From: Pecten maximus
Taxonomy: Eukaryota
Direction of reading: 5' to 3'
Assembly (NCBI RefSeq): GCF_902652985.1
Contig: NC_047030.1
Coordinates: 3,658,001-3,722,000, forward strand
DNA: 64,000 bases
Below, one piece after another: positions 54,109 through 64,000 of the stretch. Both the position numbers and the translations under genes were made by a program. Numbering within the stretch: the first letter of the stretch is position 1; each line of letters opens with the position of its first letter. The notes under the pieces are model-generated. The model was not told where the DNA came from, made no database searches, and worked only from the letters and a program-made list of their open reading frames with translations.

Positions 54109-56631
54109 CCTGTGAACTTCATAATTAAGTAAAAAAAAACTGTACAAGTATAATTTATCCATCCTTAAAACAATTATTACACCTGGGGATTTGAAATGAA
54201 TATTTTTTCATCATTCTTTTATTATGCATCGTCAATTAAGTATCTAAATTTAGAACAATTAGGGAGAACAGATACATTAAGACGTCTATTACACGTAGAT
54301 ATGTGTAACGTCAATATAACTACCAATTATCTCACACATTCACATAATATATACTTGTAATTACATATATGAACATACATAATAGACACAATGAATTAAA
54401 ACCTTACAAATTATATCATTAAGACTAACATGTAACAGGAAATGGTTGGACCTATGGTCTATATATTGTGTCCAGCGGCTAGTTCATATATCATATGTGT
54501 CTAGGACGCTCGTCTGCTTCGCGTAAATAACTCAAATTTTTCCCCCAAAAAGACAACGACCTATTTAGGAAGTGTAATCTGTCAGTGTATAAAGGAAGAC
54601 AAAATGCCATGTAGATAAATAATATTACCGACAATTTAAGAAAAAAATACATATGACAAAACATCAAAAATCTGCTATATAGTGGCGTTGTCAGGGCTAT
54701 GACACAAAGAATCTTTTACGCGAGGCGACGTTTTGTTGGCCTCGGTTGCAGACAAAAGTACAAATGATGTATTTATAGTCATACTTTGGTAAATCTGATA
54801 CAGGCTTTATTAATTGAAAAATCACACTTCTAAATGAGAATTCACCATTTGAAACATTCTGAGTGTAGTAGCTATTTTAAATGTTACCATATTACGGAGA
54901 AGGACGTGTGTGGACTGACAGACACGACGTGCCAGTGGAGTGGTACACGGAGGAATTTGTCGGGGATGTACTCGAACCTCACCTGGTAGCGTCGTCATTT
55001 AGCACGGTTACATCCTAGTGTATGGAACACACGGGTATTCTGTGTTGTTAGGCTTTTCTTGTTTGTGATACGATGACATGTGGTTTAGAGTCGTATTACA
55101 TGACACTACCCGGTATTACTAAATCAGACAATAAACTCATCATGAGATCATTTTTTCAAATCAGCTGAAATTCAAATTCAAATAAGGTGAAATATTTTTT
55201 TCGATCCAGAATTTGATCTTCCTTGTAGCAATCATTTATTTTCATTGGCTTATCAGCATCATCATATAATAAAAATATGACGTCGTCATTTGTAACGTCG
55301 CTTTTATTAGCCGATACATGTATACTGAAGTATTAAGTTTCTAAGAGAAAAGGTGGAATATCGCAGGGACTGTTCATCAATGTCTCCTCCTCCTCCTCCT
55401 CCTCCTCAAAACTGGACTATTTTTTACATATACATGTATATTTCATATTTTGCAAGACAGTTCATTTGGGTTCAAACATTTTTGCATTTTGTCACATTTA
55501 ATTTTGTTAGTGTTTCAATCAAAGCGGGTTGTCGTTTATTAGCATCAAACACATATTCTGGTAATAATTATGGCATTCTTTAATCAGCAAATATGACAGT
55601 ATATAGAGTTATATCAGCAGTAAGAAGATACTGATGGAACATTATAAACAAATAATATGTATATCGCTCCACAAAAATACATACTCTTTATACAATATCC
55701 TCTATTAGTGTGTATGTACAACACAACCACCTAAAGTAAAACATTTCTGTACTGTATCATATCTAAGTAATTAATATAGAAATATTGTTATTTAAGAGTT
55801 GTTTTGTTGTTAGGGACGTTGCATTCTTAAGCTAGTTGTATTACCCTGGACACACTTAATACAAATGTACTACTGTTTTACATAAAACACTTAGACAAAC
55901 CGTAAATCGAGTTGAAATATATCTTAATACTTTCACATCACCTAGTACTAGGCAATAATTTGAGGTGGCGGTCGGAGATCAATCAATTCAATTGACAAAT
56001 TGTTAGTTTTAATGTAAACGGTTTTGGACGGTTTTTGTAGCTTTATAAGATAACTTGTTTTTGACATATCTCTTCATCACATTAATACCGGTATTCTCCG
56101 TGTTAATTAAATGTTGTTATGTGACTATGTTTTAATTGGTTTGTCGTGTTACAACTTACATCTAACATGTTATAACTGGTAACTCGATATCGCCGATCGA
56201 ACTGTCGTGTTATTACGCGACTGATGTTTATGGTTCTGAAGTCACCTACACGTAAGATGGGTTTTTTTCGTGATGAGATTTGGCTCCGTATTTACAACCT
56301 AAAACCATGTTCGAAGTAACTTGATCGTAAAAAAAAAAGATATGTGACAATCTAAGGCAGATTTACGACTAATCTCAATTGCAGATACCGAAAGCTTCGT
56401 GCCTCCTACAATGGTTTTGTTTTTGTGTTAGCTTCATAAATGAGAGATAGGATACCTCCATTGTGAATCAGGAGATTGTACATGTTGGGTCAGCGGTGTT
56501 TTTGTTTTGTTTTTCTCATTAATTACTTATCGCCGTGTTCCTGAATAACCTACAGTCAATTTGTACCCTCACTTATCTCTGCTAGTTTTGAACTCGTGTT
56601 TATTAACGATGGATACTCCGGATAGGTCCAG

Positions 56632-57557
56632 AAATATACCCAAATCGCCATCATGGTTAATTGCCATCATGGTACATGTGTTCTAATGAAATATACCTAC
56701 ACAAATCGGCCATCATGGTTAATGTGTTCTAATGAAATATACCTACACAAATCGGCCATCATGGTTAATGTGTTCTAATGAAATATACCTACACAAATCG
56801 GCCATCATGGTTAATGTGTTCTAATGAAATATACCTACACAAATCGGCCATCATGGTTAATGTGTTCTAATGAAATATACCTACACAAATCGGCCATCAT
56901 GGTTAATGTGTTCTAATGAAATATACCTACACAAATCGGCCATAATGGTTAATGTGTTCTAATGAAATATACCTACACAAATTGGCCATCTTGGTTAATG
57001 TGTTCTAATGAAATATACCTACACAAATCGGCCATCATGGTTAATTGCCATCATGGTACATGTGTTCTAATGAAATATACCTACACAAATTGGCCATCAT
57101 GGTTAATGTGTTCTAATGAAATATATCTACACAAATCGGCCATCATGGTTAATTGCCATCATCGTTAATGTGTTCTAATGAAATATATCTACACAAATCG
57201 GCCATCATGGTTAATTGCCATCATGGTACATGTGTTCTAATGAAATATACCTACACAAATCGGCCATAATGGTTAATGTGTTCTAATGAAATATACCTAC
57301 ACAAATTGGCCATCTTGGTTAATGTGTTCTAATGAAATATATCTACACAAATCGGCCATCATGGTTAATTGCCATCATGGTACATGTGTTCTAATGAAAT
57401 ATACCTACACAAATCGGCCATCATGGTTAATGTGTTCTAATGAAATATACCTACACAAATCGGCCATCATGGTTAATTGCCATCATCGTTAATGTGTTCT
57501 AATGAAATATACCTACACAAATCGGCCATAATGGTTAATGTGTTGTAATGAAATATA
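56632..57557. repeat. 46-bp tandem repeat with 62-bp variants and a partial 324-bp higher-order period
   Basis: AAATCGGCCATCATGGTTAATGTGTTCTAATGAAATATACCTACAC. Near-identical ORFs at 56962 and 57286 (324 = 3x46 + 3x62). Confidence 0.96.
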
Positions 57558-59317
57558 GAGTCATCTGTATCTTTAACACAGAGACATTTATTACCTCGAA
57601 AGCATCGAGTCACGTGTGACTACAGTTGTCACGTCACGAGTTCAGTTATAACGACTACAGTTATAATTACTACATGAAAAAATGAATTTATTAAACATTA
57701 ATGTATTATGATATCATAATTGCACTGGCATGTGACTGCACATTTCCAAGTTAATTATCATACAGATTAAACTTTTATCGTTTCATTAACTACAAATAAG
57801 TTAAGTTATTATGCATGTACCGGTACACTATCAACCCGGCCATCACGGGAAGATCTATAAACATCGTCATGTAGTGATTTAATCTGATTCATTTAACATA
57901 TGTTGTAACATATCCTCGCCTATTCTATATACATCAAACAATGAAACACGACAGTGCACGTGAAATGCAAAGTGTTAAAGGGCATATTGATACAACGTTG
58001 TACAGATACGTTTTAAGCTGGCCTTTCAACATGCATATACCTGTCCATGTAGGTCAAATTTACTTTACCAAGAAACAGATACAAAATGACACCTGGGGAT
58101 TTTTTTAAAATGTTAAAATACCTGCTGCAGATAATTTGTTCATTCGAACAACTAGGAAAACATATTACAATGTTTGGTAAAATTCATGACAGGTGACAAA
58201 TTTTGAAAGTATAAAAAAAAATGTAAATCTTATGGATTTAAGACAGAAGGGGCACATGAGATAGCCTAGGTCAGGGGCAGGATAACTTGTGTAAACAATG
58301 GTTTAGTTACATGTCCTACAAGGAGCACATGGTGCCCTGTCACGTGATGTTAGGTGGATCGAGAACGGGAATGTCAACGATGACAAGCGTATTAAGAAAC
58401 AAAGGAACGAAATCGTTTAATAATTTGGCGTAAGTGCACATTCTTATAGCGGTTTTACCCTTGAATGTTTGAACGCGTTAGAACGCTATGTCTCACCTTA
58501 TTCCTGCACTTGATTTGGCTGAATCACGTGATTTATGATACACTTGAAATGTTTACAACACCTGTAGACGTGCCATGTGGTGGGAATATAACCAATATAT
58601 TTGCAATTTTTATCGGGGGAATTGTTTATATAGCATAATATAATTTTCCATAACAAAATACATGTATCCTGGTTTTATTTTCGGTGTACTCCATATTTTA
58701 TACACTAATAGATGAACATGCTTACATAATGATACAGTTTCAATAAACAAAAATACAAAACATAATCCACATACAAACGCGAATGTTTAAATATGTTAAA
58801 TTTGATCAGATATGACCCAAAGTTCCACATTACATGTAAGAAGCATTTTACAAATATCAAAGACAGTGAGTCTAATTCAAATGCACAAATGTGTTTGTAA
58901 AGAGCACATTTAAGTCCGTGTATCAACTTCCTGAATTGGCAGATCTGCAATAAATCACTCGATTCCGGGCGTCAGGATAGAATAGCTTTGACCTCTCATA
59001 TAAAAGATATTTTATTTATATACCTTGTGGTTATCGCCACGGTTCTCAGTGTGTCGGAACATAGCATTACCCTGATTAAGCTAGATATACATGGCGGGCA
59101 GCCGTTGACCATTTCGGAATCTATAGCCATTTCTCCTTTCACCTTTTTATGGTTTCTATGTATCGTTTGCTGATAGTTAGCCTTTATCCATTTTATCCCG
59201 TTTTTCATGTAAAAGTCCCAGCAGAGTAAGGGAAGAGTAAGAGTAATATAATTGCTGAAGACAATAGCCAAGTGTCACATTTGATATATTTATATCCCAT
59301 TGTCTTTTTGCTTGTAG

Positions 59318-59488
59318 AGTTGTGGACATGGATGGACCTCGATGAAGGGACGTGTTATATTTTGGTTCCAGTTAAACTACGTTACAAACACGGGTTACGT
59401 CATGTTTAAGTTGTACGGTCAGCAATGCCAGAGGTGTAAAAATGGAACGTATGAGCACGCCATGTGGTATCCGGAGGAAGTTGTCAAG
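59318..59488 (+). CDS. Coding exon 3 of the zf-3CxxC gene: SCGHGWTSMKGRVIFWFQLNYVTNTGYVMFKLYGQQCQRCKNGTYEHAMWYPEEVVK
   Basis: Polypyrimidine acceptor TCTTTTTGCTTGTAG| and donor AAG|GTAATT, phase 0/0, 171 nt with no stop. Completes CQSC-x3-WTS and contains YGQxCxxC, both hallmarks of zf-3CxxC. Below the ORF-track size cut-off. Confidence 0.95.
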
Positions 59489-59933
59489 GTAATTCAGTAA
59501 TAAAACGATCCGGTGAGATAAATACGGAACATAACTTAATGTATTTAGTATTTTTTTCGTTTGGGCATTTTTTAATTCTTGAAAGGAAACTATAAACAAC
59601 AAAACATTTATCAAATTATTGCTTACCCTGTACTCACGGGATGTTAAAAATAAGACCGATATCAAGTGAAGTAGGTTAATTATAAAACAAAATAACGTCA
59701 TAACGAGTGTTTGGTAACCCTTCAATTCCTTAGTCTAACAACACTGACGATTAATTAAAGTAACACATTCATCAAAATACATTAACGTTAAGTATTTATT
59801 GACATTGTGTGATATAATTTGTTTATAAACAGCCATGAGTGATTATATATAGATTTGTTCACTTAGATACATTTTTGAATTTGTTTCCATAATGGATTTC
59901 TTTTCATTATAAAAATATTTTTGTCGCTTTTAG

Positions 59934-60098
59934 GTACTCGGAAATGTATATAACCGGGTTGGACAGATATACTATGGATTTATACGTCCACCACTTCGGA
60001 TAGACCGAAGAGCAGGGAAACCAAGAAACCAACACAATGCGGAACTGTGCCAAGCCTGCAAGGAGGGTTTATGTCGGGAGGAATGGTCGTTCTCGTGA
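59934..60098 (+). CDS. Terminal coding exon 4 of the zf-3CxxC gene: VLGNVYNRVGQIYYGFIRPPLRIDRRAGKPRNQHNAELCQACKEGLCREEWSFS*
   Basis: Acceptor GCTTTTAG|, phase 0. Contains the H-x4-CxxC-x4-C closing motif of zf-3CxxC. TGA at 60096-60098. Confidence 0.95.
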   Translation, partial: VLGNVYNRVGQIYYGFIRPPLRIDRRAGKPRNQHNAELCQACKEGLCREEWSFS

Positions 60099-61736
60099 AG
60101 GCAGCGCCATCTGTAATGTCTATATACATATCAAGGGCAGTAACTCCGATTTACCCTGACAATAGACCATGCCAGGGACGTGAAACGAGAAGGGAATCGA
60201 GGAAGTGATGAATCTAGCAAAGAGACTATGTCTCATTGTCAAACATTCGTTCTAAATGCAATGACATAATACGTCATTTAAAAATGTGCTGTTTAAGTAG
60301 CAAGTGTGTGCTCATTATTTTATTTTAAAATCATGTTTGTATGTAATATATATAATATTTTATTGAATGTTTTGAATTCTACAAATATGTAACATATGCA
60401 TAGGGGACTGTTGAACAGTCTCGATTCATATGTTTAGTTTAGAATTATTTAAAATTTTATAAATTGTGTTCATTGTATAGAAGGGCATGATTGAATCATC
60501 ATATTGTATTTCTCTGAGTCTTTTTATTAGATCTGCATACAATAAATCAAACGTTTTGTCCAAACAAAATAGCATTGTCTTAAACTGACGATCTAAGCTC
60601 AATACAGTGTTAAACTGCGTTTGTAAACTGTAAAGTATTATCAGGCTGATTATTTCACCAGCATTTGAATATAAATATGCATAGATGTGTTCTTTTATTA
60701 AATTGTGCATTTATGTTGTACATAACGAACCTTTATGATACAATTTTAGCTATTATTGTCATGTTTCGTAAATATAGATATACATATTTCATAATATATC
60801 AATCATATTTTAGCATAAACATATTTTATCAAACCATTTGAAAATGTCTATATCTTTCAGATTACTCGCGGTGGGTTTAATTTTGCAATATTTGCGGTCA
60901 TGAAAATAATCACCCAACGAATATTTACATATATATATATATATAATTGTATCTAATGCAGAATAAATAAGGGGAATGTGGCTCGAAATTTGATATCCGC
61001 GAGCTATAATTAGCCCCATGAAATATTACAACTTTACAGTAATTAATATATGTGTACCCTTGTCTCAACTGACTAAATATCAGAATGTAATCAAATCAAT
61101 TTATTTGCAAATTGTTGGATTCGATCGCGATAAATGGTTATATATCAGAATCAGTATCAAAATTCCGTAGTAGTATTATGATCAGGTTTACGCCATTGCT
61201 ACACAAACACTCTCCAGTGTTAGTACAATCGTAACGTGATTAAAACAGTATTTTTATTTTAAGTCCCATTATAAAGTATATATCCTTACTTACAGTTTTC
61301 TTATCAAACCGAATATAAAGGAAGTTAACGCAGGTCACGATATAGGGAAATCTTGTTCTAAAGTTTCTTATAAGTATTTGTTATTTGAGTATTTGTGTGA
61401 TTGTTTTATATATACATATATAAAAATCCTCTTAATGGATAAACATTTAAACATAAATAGTTAAAGGATCAAAACTACTAAAATTCACCAAAACAGACAC
61501 GATGGATATTTCTTTATATTATTGCTACTGATTTTCTCTAAAAACAAGTTTTACTTATTTTTCCTGACGTTTAAAAGTCATACGACGACATGTTTACAAA
61601 CAGATATGATTCTGTTTGATACTTGATGTGCCTTAATTGTACATAACTTATTGTATTATAGTTTACGTTATATAAATGTGTGTATTACCTTTAATGTTTG
61701 TTTTTGTATTGCAGTTTAGGTCTTATTAAAAATAAA
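60099..61736 (+). other. Probable AT-rich 3' UTR with candidate polyadenylation signals (AATAAA at 60541, about 60962 and 61731)
   Basis: Follows the stop codon and AATAAA hexamers are visible. The true 3' end cannot be determined from sequence alone. Confidence 0.4.
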
Positions 61737-64000
61737 CCTACTGCCAAAGCCTCATTTCAGCTAGATCATATTGAAATGGACCACAGGGTCTTGTATCAAA
61801 ACCATTCCAAGAACGTTTTTAACTTGTTTCTCATTCTAAATTACTAAAACTGATTTATGCGACATATCAAATATATGTAAATTTAGATAAAGCTATTTTA
61901 GGTCACATTGATATGTAAATTAAAATAAAGCTATTTCTATGTTACTTTAAGCGTACTGGAATTTTGACGCATTTCCAAATTTTACCAGATTAGCGCATTC
62001 ATTGATTGACGCTCCTAAATTATTTTCGAAATAAACAGTATATAGAAAGTGTAATTAACGCAAACCTAATCACGCGCAATTGTTCCAGCGCAAAAAAACC
62101 CACTGAAATAAGACTACCGCTAAAATACGTAAATCTTCAGTAATGAATCGATAACAAGACCCAGTGTTATTGTTTGATTGTTAACATTTTTCTGTTTGCT
62201 CACCTTCATTTATGTTCGTTTTTGTGTGACCAGGCATTGTTTTAAGTTTGTTAATATCAACTTGTTCCATTAGACGTCTGTGTTTACAATGAGCTATTTT
62301 CATATAGATTATCAACTTCTTTAATCAAAAATCATATATAATTTTTATTTTCCACCGTGAAAACTAACTCATCAGCTGAGCTTGGTGTTAATGTTTATAC
62401 CATTTGACGATGATATATGTACAGAAGAATCAAGAGATTTATTTCTCTGTGAAATAATACGAAAAAGTGTCTCATAGTAAACAATGAACTGACAGCGAGC
62501 TAAATGTTAGATATCTGAGCATGTTGAAGTATTATTATGAGAAAGCCACAATGTGCTACTTTTAATACATGTAGTGCGATGGATGCTGCCGTTTGGGTAG
62601 ATATATCAAGATATCGGTGTATGATTCACACAAAACTTTTAATTTCGAAACTGGTTTTACTTCGAGTTAAGAAGGACCTTGACGCTATCAGTCTACGGGA
62701 TAACGAGGTTTGGCTGTAACAAGATAGAAAAATTGTTAACATAACATAAAATATACATACATCGCATTGGGGGAGCTGTATGTTAAATTCTATGTGGCAT
62801 TCGTCACGAGCTAATTTCCTGGTATATACTATTTTAGATCTATGTTCTCCAAAGTTAAAGGGCTGATATTTGACATAATTTAAACTCATCAGTAGTTTAT
62901 GTTGATGTGATTTGAGAAGTTTTACCGCTATTACATAATTTAATGTTTCTTGATTGTTCGTTTGCAATATTAATTTTTATATTGTCTATTTCAATTAAAT
63001 AAAAATCTTTCAAGCATTCATGTTTTATGTTTGTATATTGTCCCGATAGAGCGCAATTGCAACACAGAATGGCAAGTGAAAACACGATATCTATTGGATT
63101 TGGTTTTAAATCTCCAATTTTACATTTGATGCATACCTAAAACATTAAGGAAATCTGTTGTCAGTTAACCTTACAATATGTCACATATAAGTAATCAATA
63201 TTTACATTCCCTGTGTGTGTTCTGTAGTTGATCTTACCAACGAAATAAATGTTTTCACTTCGGTAAATTGTAATCCGGCCTGTCCGCCTCGATTCGAGAT
63301 TCCGCATTCACATGTTTTTTTTTCTAATTTCTACTTTGGTGATTTTTTCTTCATAATCGATGATGGAAATCAAAAGAGTCTGTTAAATATTGAATTTAAA
63401 ATTTCTCACGGCAATGACAAGAAGATCCTGTTATTTGTTATTGTGGAAATATATTCTTTTTACTTCTTGTAGTTGACAACCTTTCCCGCCAAAATAAAAT
63501 CAGCTGTTTGGGTATTCCATCAATTGTCGGGCTGTTCCGTCAGTGCGTTTCACGTCCAAAGAATATCAATTATTCAGTTTTTCAATGAATCAAAAATACA
63601 AAAAGCTGTCAAAATGAAAATATAGGATTTTTTTCTTTTATCTTTTGATTGATTTTATTCTATTTTTTTTTCTTCACAGTTTAAAAATCAGTAAACAACA
63701 AAAAAGAAAAGTTAATTCTTTGGGAATTGTTCAAAAGAAACACAAGATTAGAATATCTTCCAAACAATTGGAGTAAGAGACGTATTTAGGCCCAAATTGA
63801 TTAACCTGCATTAAACAGCTCTTTCGACCTTCCAAAATTGAGGTATTGATCAAAGGAGACGATGTATGTATCGATGACGTCATAATACCGATGGCATCAT
63901 TATAAGACGACGTGACCATATCATGAAGCTATCGTACCATAACACAACAGCACTATTTATGAAGGTCTGGTCACATTGGAAGGTTTAGGGCTGAAGAGTG

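Noticed and set aside
23334-62892. Hammerhead ribozyme cores (CTGATGA/CTGAAGA hits)
   Set aside because: The hits inspected lacked a stem II followed by GAAA. This was a by-eye check; an Infernal or RNAmotif search would be definitive.

Overview
AT-rich animal genomic DNA, most likely from a bivalve mollusc (inferred from the V-domain tRNA-SINE and the repeat landscape; species not determinable here). It is not prokaryotic, and almost all long ORFs in the supplied track are artefacts of tandem repeats. One protein-coding gene can be assembled on the + strand from four exons with canonical GT-AG sites and matching phases: 30861-31234, 49770-49914, 59318-59488 and 59934-60098 (855 nt, 284 aa). 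The product has a 114-aa uncharged Q/P/S/G low-complexity N-terminus followed by a zf-3CxxC zinc-binding domain (RTP/ZAR1 family) and no C-terminal transmembrane helix. About 0.5-0.7 kb upstream of the ATG is a dense cluster of CAGGTA/CACCTG sites, and about 2.5 kb upstream is a 24-bp satellite carrying an E-box in nearly every unit. The rest of the window holds more than 20 minisatellites (roughly 12-13 kb of the first 30 kb), tRNA-derived SINE copies, TA-flanked MITEs, a fold-back element with a nested SINE tail, and apparent Tc1/mariner excision footprints preserved inside satellite arrays.
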